From: Narcine bancroftii
Taxonomy: Eukaryota
Assembly: GCF_036971445.1 (NCBI RefSeq)
Contig: NC_091478.1
Location: forward strand, 91,822,001 to 91,886,000
Reading direction: 5' to 3'
Length of the DNA stretch: 64,000 nt
This document shows positions 24,110-37,633 of the stretch, piece by piece. The first letter of the stretch is position 1, and the number at the start of each line of letters is the position of its first letter. Under the pieces are notes generated by a model, which did no database searches, had not been told where the DNA came from, and saw only the letters and a program-made list of their open reading frames with translations. The position numbers were made by a program, and so were the translations under genes.

Positions 24110-24650
24110 TCCCAGTACCCAACCACTTAAATTCTACACACCACCACTACACCGCCAAATTGAGGTCACCCACAAACTGGAGGAACTGGATTTCTCCAAT
24201 TTCCATCAATCCCTTCCACCAGTCTTCCCTTACCCTGTCTGCTTTCTTTCAGCTCTTCACCCCCTTCCCTTCCATCAGAGAGCTATCCTTCTTGGCCCTC
24301 TGTTCTCTCCCCCATCAATTCTCAGCTTCTTTTTCTTCTACCCTCCCACCTATATCCACCTGTTACCTCTGATCTGTTAGCCTGTGTAACCTACCCCCTC
24401 TCCTCACCCTTTTATTCTGTCATTTATCTGGTTTTCTACTTTCCCAATGAAGCGTTCAGGCCCAAAACATTGACTGCCTTTTACTTCCTGTGGATGCGAC
24501 CTGCTGAGTTTCTCGAGCATTTTTGTGCATTGCAACTTTGAAGTTAATTAATGAGCTCTGAAGAGAGGTCATTGACCTGAAACATTTTAAGTTTCTTTCC
24601 CTCTGTGCAGCTATTGCCTGAAAGGCTGAGAATTTTCAGAATTTAATTCT
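24110..24650 (+). mobile_element. Two Penelope-like 3' end/pLTR remnants
   Basis: Terminal motifs ccaatgaagcgttcaggcccaaaacattgac and ctgaagagaggtcattgacctgaaacatt. Confidence 0.6.
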
Positions 24651-26235
24651 GAAAAGTTCCTTAAAACAGCTCTCTTCCATTGAGATCAGTGTAGATTGAT
24701 TCACCATCGCAGTTTGAAAATTTCTTCTCTCTCTCCCTGATCCCTACCATGACAACATTGGAGTATCGTCATAAAAAAATATTATAATCAGATTAAAGCA
24801 ATTTTGGGATTACTGGATTTGTAAAAAAAAATTCTTAAATTACTGCAGTATTTGTGTTTGCAATCCAGTGGATGGGGTGTTCTAGCTCTTAATTGAAAAA
24901 AAATCCATGTGGATGAAACTAAGGAAAATGGGAAATGACAGAATTCTCAGAATGCAATGTAGACCAAGCAGTGAGTTTGGTCAGAAAAAATGCACTGCAG
25001 TAATTGGCATTTTTAACTATGGTGGTAAAAAGCCCTGTCCTGTCTGGAGTCACTCACTCCTTGCATTGGAAACAAGACAAAAAGGGCAGTTTTTCTTTTC
25101 AATCATTTTAAGATTTCTAAATGTACTTAATGTTGAAGTCTTTAAATGTCTGCATTTCATTGACATTAGTGACAGTATTGACAGAAAATAAAGCAATCCC
25201 AGCTTTGCCCTCTGTCAAGAACATTTCAAGAAAGAGGCTCTGGACCATCGCCCACAAGTCAGTTACTGCCCAAATCATGGCATGGTCTTGAAAGTGTAGA
25301 GACAACTGAGAAAGGCCCTTTGTATCTAGCCCAGCTAAATCCAGGCATTCAATGACTGCAGTGGCAATTCTAGGTACAATCTAATAATTTGGATGTTGAG
25401 AGTGGTCAAAAGTGATTTATATTTAAAACTACGTCCATCATCTTCACAAAATTAAACATGGGTACTGAAGTCGCAGGATTCAAGTTCAATGTAAAAATAG
25501 AGTATTGCATTGACAAATGCAGGAATACGAGATAAAGGGGGAAAAAAGCACAATTAAGTGAGATGACAGAAAATCTGGCTTTAGACATAAAACATTCACA
25601 AGCTAAAAACATCCTTAAAAACAGATGATTTGTTTAGGTCAGCCATTCTTCTCTTTCTGTCTTAGCTATGCCTCCTCTAAGGCTCTGCTTAGTTTATAGG
25701 CCCCTTTCCCTGTGAGGCGGTCAAGTCTTGGCTTCTTCCGTAGTTCACTCCTACCAACTAAAAAAAAACCCAAAAATATTTCTGTTTCGTGAGGTGAAAA
25801 CAAAACTGGGCTTTTACTTAAAAGGGCTGTGGTCGCCAGGGGGCTGTATGGCCCCTGTTGAGAACGGCTGGTGAAGGCTTTCAAACATTGTAACAGGTTG
25901 GCTAATGATAAGCGTAGAACAATTAAAAATTCTGTGGAGCTGAGACATTTCTCCTTAATTCTGAGGCTGCTGTCAGCCACAATTATCATCAATTTCATCG
26001 GGCCTTCCCCCAACCTGAGTTACTCCCATCCACCCACTATCAAAACCTAAAGGCAAAGGAGCATTTCCTGCCATCAAGTAACGCGTCAGAGACCCACTTT
26101 CAACATTTAGTGTACAGCCTAGCTTGATAGAACTCTCCAACTGTGTCAGAAATTTATAGCCCCACAGTGCTCTGATTTCGGTTAGGTTTACTATTTCTCA
26201 ATTAGACATAGTTAGGAGACAGCTAAAGATATTAC

Positions 26236-26391
26236 CTGTTCAAGGCTAACTTCAACAGAATCCTTCATAATGATCCAGGTAACAGACTCAGTCAATGGTG
26301 GTGTCGTCAGAGAACCAGAATATGTCCAGTAATCGGAACAAGATGGAATCAAACATGAGGGATCAAAACTGAAGAAATCAACTGCCAAGTC
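26236..26391 (-). CDS. CA5A: Carbonic anhydrase 5, exon 6
   Basis: cag|[52 protein letters not shown]|gtaat; 156 nt; GSLTTPP motif (Thr199). Confidence 0.96.
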
Positions 26392-26479
26392 CTGTGGGTA
26401 CATGTAATTATTCATATGGGGTAAAGAAAATATAATTTCACGCCATGATTTTATGACATTTGCTTATTAAAGAAGAAAT

Positions 26480-28250
26480 GAGGTTGCTTTGGCAGACAAT
26501 GTGAAGATAAATCCTAAGGGATTCAACAAGTATATTAAGAGTAAAAGGATAGCAAGGGACAAAATTGGTCCCCTCAAAGATCAAAGTGGTGGACTATGTA
26601 TGGAGCTAAGAAATAGGGAGAATCTTAATTCCCCCCCCCCCCCCCCCACCACCACCCCAAACAGTATTCACTCAGGAAACTAGCACAAGAGTTGAGGGAA
26701 GTAAGGAAAACAAGCAGTGAGGTCATGGAATGTACACAGATTAAAGAGGAGGTGCCTGCTGTCTTAAAGCAAATAAGGGTGATAAATCCCCAGGGGGTGA
26801 AAAGATATCCCCTCAGACTTTGAAGGAGGATAAAGCAGAAATTGCAAGGGCCCTGGCAGAAATATTTAAAATGTCCTTCACCACGGGTGGATTGGAGGGT
26901 AGCTCATGTTGTTTTGTTTAAAAAAAGCTCCAAAAGTAACCCTGGAAATTATAGGCCAGCGAGCCTGATGACAATCATAGGTAAATTATTATAAGGTGTT
27001 CCAAGAGATCAGATCAGACATACAAGTATTTGGATAGCCAGGGACTCTTAGGGATAGTCAACATGGCCTTGTGCATGGTAGGTCATGCTTAACCAATCTT
27101 AGTTTTTTTTTTTAAAAGAGTGTTACCAGTAGAGTTGACTTAGGAAAGGCTGTGGATGTTGTCTACAAGGACCTTTGACAAGGTCCCACATGGTAGGTTA
27201 GTCAGGAAGATTCAGATGCTCAGAACTGGATTTGACAATCTTTAAATGGGAGAAGCAAGAGCAGTGGTGGATGATTGCTTTTCAGACTGGAGGCCAGTGA
27301 CTAGTGGTGTGCCTCAAGGATCGGTGCTGAGACCACTGCTGTTTGTCATCTATATCTGGATAATAATGTGATAAATAGGATCAGCAGGTTTGCAGATGAC
27401 ACTAAGATTGGAGGCATTGTAGACAGCAAAGGAGGTTTTCAAAGCTTGCAGAGGGATCTGGACCATTTAGAAAAATGGGCTGGAAAAAAATGGCAGATAA
27501 AATTTAATTCAGACAAGTGTAAGGTGTTGCATTTTGGAAGGACAAACCAAAAAAGGACATACACGGTAAATGGTTGGGGAACTGAGGAGTGTGGTAGAAC
27601 AGAGGGATCTGGGAATACAGATATACAATTCCCTGAAAGTGGTGTCACAGGTAGATAGGGTTGTGAAGAGACCTTTTGGCATATTGGCCTTCATAAATCA
27701 AAGTACTGAGCACAGGAATTGGGATGTTATGGTAAAGTTGTACAAGAAATTGGTGAGGCCAAATTTGGAGTATTGTGTGCAGTTTTGGTCACCTAACGAC
27801 AGGAAAGATATCAATAAGAGAGAGTACAGAGAAGATTTACTGGGATTTTGCCTGGTCTTCAGGAACCGAGTTACAGGGAAAGGTTAAACAAGTTAGGATT
27901 TTATTCCCTGGAACGTAGAAGAATGAGGGGAGGTTTGATAGAGGTATTTAAAATTATGAGGGGCATAGACAGAGTAAATGTAGATAGGCTTTTTTTCCAC
28001 TGAGGGTAGGTAAGATACAAACTAGAGGACATGGTTAAAGGTGAAAAGGGAAAGGTTTAGGGGGAACATAAGGGGAACTTCTTCAGAGAGTGGTGGGAAT
28101 GTGGAATGAGCTGAAGTGGTGAATGTGGGCTCAATTTTAAACATTGAAGAATTTGGACAGGTACATGGATAGGAGAGGTATGGAGGGGTATGGACTGGGT
28201 GCAAGTCAGTGGGACTAGGCAGAAAAATGGTTCTGCACAGACTAGAAGGG
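26480..28250 (+). mobile_element. Decayed CR1 LINE in CA5 intron 5
   Basis: [32 protein letters not shown] and RPNLEYCVQFWSP motifs, then 3' UTR. Confidence 0.92.
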
Positions 28251-29527
28251 GCATTGCCATTTTCCTGAAAAATATTGATAAAATCAGTAATTTTTGGGGA
28301 AAAAATTAAGTTTCTGCTCCCTTTATTTTAATCAACATAGAGACAAATATATTTTGATCTCTTTACTAACAGTGTGCTCTCAACAATATCCAAAATAACC
28401 CGGACTAGAGAGGGGATGCATTCTTTGAAATACAGGGAGATTTAATTTGAACACAAATTCTTAAACTGACTAAAGATATTCCTTTTTACCAGAAAATGTC
28501 CAGATCATAGATTTAGATTAATTGGGAGGCAAATAGTAAAAGGATCCAAAATTCATCCTCAAAGTGTTCTGGAGGCAAACACCTTCATTTTCCTGAAAAA
28601 GTACTTGAATGTGCCATTGATGTACTGTAACATACAGGAACATTGATCATGATTTGTAAGACAAGCTCAGATATGACCCAGGTAACAGATTCATTTAATG
28701 TGATATAGACATCTTCAGGTAACAAGGCCACAATGAGCAAATGGCCCCCTTCCATGTCATAGAATTTCAAGGATATTCTGTTAATTTGCACTGTTTTTTC
28801 TTTATGATATTAAGTACTGTTCATTGCAATATAATCACCACATTAAGTCACATTCTTCATATACTGCAGAAGAAACACCATGATAGAATTCAAGATTCCG
28901 GGATACCTTTCTTATGTAATAGCACAGAACATGAAATATTACATGAACTGCCTTCTGCCTGCCATAAGACAAAGAATCATGAATAATGCCACCCAGCATC
29001 CTTTACAGCACATGGATTTGCCTCCAGTGCTCCTGCAGCCATATTACTGTTCAAACCATCAGCAACTTGAGCTCCAGATCCAAACTTTTGACATGATCAG
29101 AAAGACTTCAGCGCTTGGCAACACTTTTTGCCCTCGGCACCTTCTTGAATCACAGCTATAATATATGATTCCCATGAGCATGACAGCCAATGCCTTTTTC
29201 CCAGGGCAGGAAAAGCAAACTCCTGAGGACATACATACAAAGTCAAAGGAGGGAAATTAAGGGGAGATATTAGGGGTACTTTTTTTTTTTTAAAAGTTGT
29301 GCGTGGCTGGAAAATGTCTTGCCAAGGACGGTGGTGGAGGCTGGAACATTAGGGGTATTTAATGGACTCTTAGCCACATAGATGAAAGAAAAATAGATAG
29401 TTAGAAATCCTGGATGGTTAAGTGCTTTTTTTTGGTTGACACAACATTGAGGGGCGAAGAGTCTGTACTGTGCTGCAGTGTTCTATGTAAATAATCACTT
29501 ATAATCACCCAAAACTAATCGGCTTAC

Positions 29528-29590
29528 CTTGTATTTAACGGATGGTAGTGCATCCACAAGTTTCTGCAGACCATCATGCCTTCTTCCAAG
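29528..29590 (-). CDS. CA5A: Carbonic anhydrase 5, exon 5
   Basis: aag|LGRRHDGLQKLVDALPSVKYK|gtaagc; 63 nt. Confidence 0.93.
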
Positions 29591-31048
29591 CTTTTAAAAG
29601 AAATAATGAATAAAATTAATGAAATCAAAAATGGACATGGTGTTCAATTATATGGAATGCTAAAACATGAAGAACAGCTTTCTTCATTATGCAGATAATT
29701 TTCAGAAGCGAGATTTTCTTCCCTCCCCGACATATTCAGTTCTCAGGTGTCAAGGAAAACATGGGAGCAGTTTCAAGAAGGAAGTCTTTTTGCTTAGCTA
29801 ACTGTCAAATCATAAGAGCAAGGTTAAACAGAGTAACTATTTTGGAGCAGCCATTTTGAGGGTGGCCGATGCAAGAACTTATGGTCAATAGGAGCCAGTG
29901 AAAGAGTGGGACATCAAGGCCTTGGCTCAATTGGCTTCGGCAACCATAAGTTGCAGGACTGCAGCAGGTAAGACTAGGGTAAGGCTCATCATTGTTTTTT
30001 TTTCTTTTCAGTGGTTAGTGCAGATGACATGACAGTTTGGGTTGTCCACTCTTCCTTCTGTAGAAGTCAAGGACCTGGAATTGCAGCTGCATAATAAGGA
30101 TGCTGAGGGGATCATAGAAAAGAACTTGAGAGAATTGATCTCACAAAGGTGTAGACAGGTGACCACCAGCCAAGCTTGAAAAGGCAGGAAGTTCAGGTTG
30201 CCATCCCCACTCAGTCACATATACTACTTTAGATACAGTTTTATGTGATGACCTACTATGGGGGCGCTACTCAGAGTTTGGCTCTGAGGCTCAGAAGGGA
30301 AGTGAGGGAAAAGGAGAGCAAATAATGAAGGGGGACTCAATAGATGAAGAGACTGCTCATGTCTGTAAAAATAGCAGCATTTTTTGGAGGCAATTTCAAC
30401 TTCTCCAACCATGACTGGGACTGCCAGAGTTTTTGGGGGATTGGATGGGTGAATTTGGCAAAGCACGTCCAGTAGAACCTTCTACAGCAGTATGTGGATA
30501 GGTCTTCTGGGGAAGGGGCAATATTGGACCTTGAACTGGGGAATGAAGCTCATCAGGTAATTGGGGAATTGGTAGGGGAACACTTCAGGACCAGTTGCCA
30601 CAATTCTATTAGCTTCAAGATTGTTATGGAAATGGATAACAATGGAGTTAGCAATGGGATGGAAATATTAGCGAGTAAAAGCATGACTGGCAAATGAGAG
30701 GCATTTAAGAGCGTGATGAGGAAGGTTTATGATGAACATGCTTCCAGTCGGGTAAACGTTAGGAATTGAAAGGTAAATGAACCCTGGTTAACAAGAGATA
30801 TAGAGGTATAGATCAGAAAGAAAAAGGGAGGTAGTCATCAAGCAGACAGGCTTGAGGGAAATCCCTTGAATATAAAGGATATAGAAGTATAGTGAAGAGG
30901 GAAAGAAATAAGATCTAAAAGAGGTTAGAGATGGCTTTGGCAAACAGTGCAAGGGAGAATAAATAATTTTTTTTAAAAAGTACATTAAGAATAAAGGGGT
31001 CTCAAGGGAAAAAATAGATCTCCTTGAAGAGCAGGATAAGTGTCTATA

Positions 31049-31655
31049 GGCCATTTCAGATAGCCCAAAAGTCGGGATGCAAAGGTGAAGACACTCTGCC
31101 ACCTACTTCTCTGAATGTGTGGAGGTGGTCTTCCCAGCCACATAATCCAAACCCTCTCCAAGAGGGATAATCTCCACAGCCCTCCACCGATTGATCTGAA
31201 TTGGCAGCTGTGCTAGGTGGCTGTTTGGGGGTGGACTGATGATGCACTCACCCCTCTCCCAACAAGTCAGGGGCGACGGGGAGCTCTCGGGGCAGGCAGG
31301 GCAGCAGGAACTGGCGGGGCAGTGGGGAGCAGCCGGTGCGGGCTGGGACAGCCACACCGGGCCGCTTTGGCCTTCAGGGCCACTCTCTGCGGCTCAAAAC
31401 GCAGCAGAGCAATGGCCGTCTTCCCTACTGATAATCCCCCACAAAGCTGGAACTATTCTGGGAACCATAGAGAGGTTTCAGCTACATGGGGGATTATGGG
31501 TTGGGAAGATGGCCATTGCTCTGCTGTGTATTGATGACAGGTGGCGCTACGGCACCAGTCGGACCACCTCCACAGCGATCCAGAGGGCACTATGAGGCGC
31601 CTCTCTTTTGAATGGGACGCTGGAGCGGCCTTTTTGGGCTGCAGTCTGAATGGTA
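31049..31655. mobile_element. Possible non-autonomous DNA transposon (Harbinger-like) with an internal hairpin
   Basis: Imperfect terminal inversion gccatttcagatagcccaaaa / ttttgggctgcagtctgaatggt; GC-rich insert interrupting the CR1. Confidence 0.35.
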
Positions 31656-31861
31656 AGTTCCAGATTTTTGATCCGCCCACAGCCAGTCTCCAGGCAGAGG
31701 CCTGAACTTAAATGATCTTGTGTGTGGAGGCAGAGGAGATTTTAAATGAATATTGTGAATGTTTACTGACCAGAAGGCGAAGTATGAGGTGAGGGAAATA
31801 ACTAAAGATAGCCTAGGTCATGTCTGCATCACTAGTGAAGAGTTGTTAGCAATCTTAGATC

Positions 31862-33140
31862 AGATACTATTTATTGTCATGTAATAAAATAAATGTAATA
31901 TTACACAAAATTGCCTTAAGTCTGCAAGAAGACAAAGATTTGCCATTAGCACTAGCATCGCCCAGCATCCCTTAAGACAGTGGTTCCCAACCTTTTACTT
32001 TCCACTCACATACCACTTTAAGTATTCCCTATGCCATAAGTGTTCTGTGATTAATAAGGGATTGCTTAAGATGGTATGTGGGTGGACAGAAAAAGTTTGA
32101 AAACCATTATTTTAATCGTACCTAATTGACTCGTTATGTGCATGGTTTCATAACTCCAAAGGAAATGGGCCAATGACAATTTTTCTCAAGCAAAATATTT
32201 CAGTAATAATTAGGTCGAGAGCAGTGATTCTCAACCTTCCCTTCCCACTTACATACCACCTTAAGCAATCACTTACTAATCACAGAACACTTATGGCATA
32301 GGGAATACTTAAAGTGGTATGTGAGTGGAAAGTAAAAGGTTGGGAACCACTGCCTTAAGAGAAAGAGAAGCAAAAGAGAATCCCTGAGTCACTGAGTGTC
32401 TGTGGATTTGCCTCCAGGATAGTGATTTTAGTCAATTATCACCTTTAATTGGGGCTTTTAACACAGGCTATCAGTGTGGTTTCTCATAGCCACTGAACAA
32501 AGATGAGAATGAAAATGTTTAAGTTCATAATTCATAGTACTGTCATAAACGCGGGGGTCCTTTAAAATGCAGGGCCCGTAGCAAATGCTACTTTCACTAC
32601 TATGTTAATCCGTCCCTGAATTTGAGCCCAGATCCAAACCTCTAATACCATGAGAAAGTCTCCAGTGCCCAGAGCCCTTGACCTCAGCATCCTCTTGAAT
32701 CCTGATTTTGATAATTGGTTCTCATGAGGCATTCTCCAGCAGCCATTATGTAGCCTGGTGTGAGTCCTTCGACTTAAAGTTGCCCGCAACCTGGGTAGAT
32801 ACCTTGCACTCATTACCAACAGTTCGCCATCTGTGTGTGTCCTTAGGGTCATCTCCTCTGCTTCCCCTTCTCAACAAGGGGTGGGAGTCCTGTGCCAGTC
32901 CGCTGCTCCCCCAGAGTTTGTAACCCCTCATAGCCTCTGCCGAACACAGGCACTGTCATCTTAGGCAGAGACCCTGCTGTCACAGATTTTAATACATGGC
33001 CAGCTCCTTTTTCAAGCCGCTTAAAGCCTATACAGAGCCCTCAGATGTCAAATTAGGTGGTAGGTAGGACCCCACAGAGGAGTACTGTGCCTCTGCTCCC
33101 TGCTATCCCTGGGTACACAACAGTGGCAGTGGTACTATTT
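31862..33140 (-). mobile_element. Unclassified interspersed repeat (ends ATGACAATAAA), same family as 48985-49470; hosts the hAT MITE
   Basis: Shares gaagcagaggaga(t/c)gaccc, ctggaggcaaatccac and ctcttttgcttct with the 49-kb copy, in reverse orientation. Confidence 0.55.
31978..32352. mobile_element. hAT-superfamily MITE (375 bp) with long inverted arms
   Basis: TIR cagtggttcccaacctttt / aaaaggttgggaaccactg; perfect 8-bp TSD ccttaaga (31970-31977, 32353-32360). Confidence 0.93.
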
Positions 33141-33960
33141 TCTTGGCATCAATCAAGGTGGTTAAGTTTCGAGGTCCAGACCATGTGCATCCCAGAACAT
33201 TGTGGGGATACAGGAATTGTATTGTTGGGACCTTAACAGACATTTTTAACTCATCGCTGAGGACAGGACACATTCCAGCAGATTGGAACATGGCAAATGT
33301 GATGCTGTTACTTAAAAAAGGCTGAAAGGATAATCCACGCAACTATAAACCTGTTAGTTTGATGTCAGTTGTAGGGAAACTGCTGGAGAAGATTCTTAAA
33401 AAAAAGTCTAAAATTTTTAGATGGTCAAGGAAAAATTATGGAGAGCCAACATGAATTTGTGGATGGAAAATAGCATCTCATGAACTTGATAAAAATATTT
33501 TTGAAGACATGACAAAAAGACAAGGGCAAAATGCTTGAGGTTATTTATATCGATTTTAATTAATTGTTTGAGAATGTCTCACACGAAAGGTTGATGTGTA
33601 AGGTTAGGGCACAGGACAGGAGGCCAACTGGATAAATTATTGGCTCTGAGGTGAAAGTCAGAGTGTGGTTGTAGAGTGCAGTTTTTCCAGACTGAGAGAA
33701 CCTTGGAGAGCCTCAGGGTTCAGTAGGACCCTTGTTCTTTGTTACATAAATGATTTGTACAAGGATGCTTGCAGCAAGGCAAGTTTGTTGAGGTTATGAA
33801 ATTATTATGCAGTGGACAGTGAATTTCAAACAAGGCAGGTGCAGTTCAACTCTGAGAAGTGTGAGGTACTACATTTGGATAAATTGAACCATTTTGTCTT
33901 TATTTCAGATATCCACCATCTACAGCCTTCAACTCTTCTACCAGTAACTGTTATATTTAC

Positions 33961-34056
33961 CTTTAAAAACACTCCTATAACTGCAAGGCCATTTTCACGT
34001 AGAATAGCTTCATCACAGTTTTTGTATTTAACTGGATTCCAGTGAACCAGATGGAG
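33961..34056 (-). CDS. CA5A: Carbonic anhydrase 5, exon 4
   Basis: taag|[32 protein letters not shown]|gtaaat; 96 nt; contains the His119 Zn ligand. Confidence 0.96.
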
Positions 34057-35459
34057 CTTAAAAAAAACCAAAAAGTGTTACCTCATGGAAGAATTCTGCA
34101 TTTTAACATATAAATAAGCAGAAAAATGTTGTGACAAAAAATCAGCAAAAACACAGCTCATTTCAAGAGCAAAAAATTACCACCAATTGGTGAACCATAA
34201 AAGGTAGTTACACCAAATTTAAATGAATGCACTGATGAATGCCCTCAATACTGAATCAAATTATGCAATAACCAAAGTATTTAGTTAGGTGTCATCATTA
34301 CAATAATATATACACACATCATAAACGCATTTTACTTGCTCTACTTAAAATATCAGTAAATGTAGCCACAATTTAAATTCAGAACTTTTACAGGCTTTCT
34401 CCTCATCAAAATTCAACTTGAAGCTACAGATCTTAGAACAGGTGACCCAAACCAAAAGATTGTCTTCCACTTCGAGGAACTTGATGCCAAAGGTTGAAAG
34501 AGAAAATTTCAATGAATGGAACCAAAGCCATCAAAATGAATCTTATCCATTATCCTCAGCAATGGTACACAATGTACCATTGAAATAGGACAGGTTTCTT
34601 TATTTCCCAAATCTCTTATCTATCCTCTCAATGCATGTGGTGCATGGGATTGCACAACCCCTTGTAGAACAGAACTTCAAGTTTCTTCACTACATTTAGT
34701 TCTGATCTTGCCATTAAATCCCAGTAGGAATACAAAATTAAAAGCAGGGTCAACAAGCATATGGAAAATATGGAAAATAGATGTACAGGATGATGACATT
34801 TGTGATGTGGACCATTTTATGGACTGGATGTGCATATGTTTATAGAGAGCAAGAAACTGAAGTCAAGTTAGGCTAGCACAACCAAGGCTAAGAAATCTTT
34901 CTACTATTAAATTAATGAATGTGGCAAGATCAGAATATTTTGCCTATCCCCAATTGCTACTTAAACTAAGTGAGTCACTTGGCCATTTGTTGAATATGTG
35001 CAAGGATGACACAACACTGAATCAGGTAGATTTTACAATCACATAGTTTTATCTTTATCCTTAATGATAATAGCATTTTACTCCAAACGTATTCAACACC
35101 TTGAGCTCAAATTCCCCAAATGCCATGGCATAATTTGAACACAAATTGAATTTAGTAGCCAGACATATGCATAGTAGCCAACTAACGACCAGAATTCTAC
35201 ATTCCATGAACTGAACATCTAATACCTTGCTGCTTTTAAATGCTAATTTATATTAAGTTGAGAAAAGACTGTTCAGGGATTGGGTTGGTCCAGATTTCTG
35301 GGTTTTTTCGAGCAGTACACCTGGCGGCACTTACACAATGCGCACACACAAAATTCGAGACTTGTCAAGGCCTGGATTCTCGTGTGATCTGGATTTCTTG
35401 CATCTGGATATTTGGACATTTACTGTAAAGATTAGCATAATATGTGTGAAGGAATGAAA

Positions 35460-36150
35460 CCTGAAAGTCTGCAGATGCTGCTTTTGTAGTAAAAATGCAG
35501 AAGTGCTCGAGGAAGCCGGCAAGTCTCACAGCTTCCAATATTACTGATGCTTTGTGCCTGAGCCCTTCCTCAAGATACGAATAAAAAGCAGGCAGGTGGC
35601 TATATTAAAAGATGGTGAAAAGCAGAGTGAGAGGGGGAGGAAAACAGACTAACAGACAAAAGGTGTTAATTGGATAATGATAAGAGGACAGGAGAGGAAA
35701 GGTCAGAAATGACTGGGGGATGGGGCATTGTTTTTGGCTCTGTGAAAGGAAACAGAAGGAAAAGGGAAAAGAGAGAGAGCTATAGGAAAGGAGACATAGG
35801 GAAAAGGGGAGGTGGGGATAACAGAAACCAGAGGTCAATGTTAAGGCCATCTGGTTGGAGGGTGCCCAGACAGAATAAGAGATGTTATTGGATAAGGTCA
35901 ACAAGCTCATCATGAGGCAACATCAAAGTAGTCGTCATTGAAGCAGAGGAAGAATTGAGGAGCCTCATCTGTGTAGCATGGATTGCTCCACGTAGCCAAC
36001 AAAAAGGCAGGCATAACTGGAATCCATAGGAGAACCCATGGCTCCCCCTTTGAATTGGAGAAAGTGAGATAAGAAGATAATGAGGGTGAGGACAGGTTCT
36101 GCTGGCTGAAGGAGGGTGGTAGTGGAGGGGAACTAGTTGTGAAGGCTATG
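35460..36150 (-). mobile_element. Penelope-like remnant (RT piece plus 3' end)
   Basis: ctgcagatgctg terminus and FLLATWSNPCY, the same string seen in the 10.5-kb copy. Confidence 0.7.
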
Positions 36151-36816
36151 TCTCCCAAAATCCTTGCCAACATTGCTCTCTCACTGAATTATTGAAAAAC
36201 AAAGTGTGGTTATTTACCCTATACTATGGGGCTGCACACAATTTGATTTCTGTGCAGTGCCATTGTGAATTCACTTCCAAAAGTTAATGGGCTGTGAAGT
36301 TCTTTCAATGTGAAACTAAATGCCAGTTCTGACAAAAGGTCTTTGCTTGAAACATCGAGTCAGTTTCTCTTTCCACAGATGCTGCCTAATCTGCTGAGTG
36401 CTTTCAGAATTTTCCATTTGTATTTAAAATAAATGCCATCCTTCCCTCCCCTCTGAAACTAAACCAAAGATCAAGATACATTACAAAATGATCTCACTTG
36501 TCTTCATTACATTATACAGAAAACTTGAAACAACAGATGAGCACAATCCAAAAATCTATTGTGCAACATTTTTAAAACTGATTATATTTGCTTCTTAATT
36601 TCAATCTCATCCTATGACACTAGTCATAGATGGCCTTTTATGTAGTAACAGTGGCAGAATCTGCACGCATGTTTGCCCTATTGTTTCGATCTTTGACAGT
36701 ACAGAGGAGGAGAAAACAAATTCAAAATGATATTTTTTGAGGCATATTCTCTTCATGCTTTCTGAAACTAGTTGCATAAAATTTGAGAGAACAAATGTGG
36801 AACTGAAATATCATAC

Positions 36817-36935
36817 CTCAGCCGGATAGACCTGACTATTAACTCTGTGCTCTGATCCACGATCATTTTCTGCACCCCAGTGGAAATGGAATTGGTTCAA
36901 TCTGTAGTGGTTTTTCAGTGGTCCATTGCTAATAA
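36817..36935 (-). CDS. CA5A: Carbonic anhydrase 5, exon 3
   Basis: gatag|(V)[39 protein letters not shown]|gtatga; 119 nt; His94 and His96 Zn ligands, Glu106. Confidence 0.96.
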
Positions 36936-37592
36936 CTATCAAAAAAATCCAAAGCACATTTTAATACCTAATTTTTTTTTCAAACCATCAATTAAGACAA
37001 ATACAAAATGAAGCAAAAGATTACTTTTCGACTGCCAACATGATGGATCATTTGGACCTGGAGCATGGATGGCCCAAAAAAAAGAAACTTGCACAATCAC
37101 CATCCCACAAACTTTTTGTGCATTGCAAGAATCAATGTGTTAATGCTTGCATGGTTTCCTCTCTTATTGAAACACCAGTAAATGAATGATGCCATTCCAT
37201 TTGTTTAAATTTTGCATAGTATTATAAACTAGTGTCAATACTTTTTCCAAATAGATTTTGCAAATCAATGCATTCAAATATAAAACATGCAGAATTAATC
37301 CTAGATAATTTAATTTTGTCACATGATGAATTTCTAAAGAACAGGTCATTAAACTAACAATCAAAAAGCTATCAACGTCTCAAAAAAAAAAGCTTGGTAT
37401 TGATTGGACAATCTAAAGGTTAAATGCAGAGAAGCTTTTCATCAGCCTTCAAACTCATAGACCCTTACTTAATAGAAATTCAGTTTTATACAGAAAAATA
37501 AGAAACAAAATTCTGTAAACATCCTGGTTAGGCATTACCTGTGGAAAGCGAAAGAACTAAAGTTTCAAGGTGAAAATCTAGCTAACATGTAG

Positions 37593-37593
<1 letters not shown>

Positions 37594-37633
<40 letters not shown>
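37594..37633. repeat. (TA)n(CA)n microsatellite
   Basis: About 15 TA units followed by CA units. Confidence 0.95.

Larger units (their letters stand above)
29840..33890 (+). mobile_element. Old long CR1 LINE in CA5 intron 4 with several nested insertions
   Basis: Endonuclease motifs GAILDLELGNE and EHFRTSCHN (30.5 kb). RT region GPDHVHPR, IPADWNMANV and NYKPVSL resumes at 33.15 kb after inserts at about 31050-31710 and 31860-33140. Confidence 0.75.

Noticed and set aside
25640-26150. 115-aa minus-strand ORF in CA5 intron 6
   Set aside because: No CA similarity and exons 6 and 7 already join in frame; possibly a LINE 5' remnant but not supportable.
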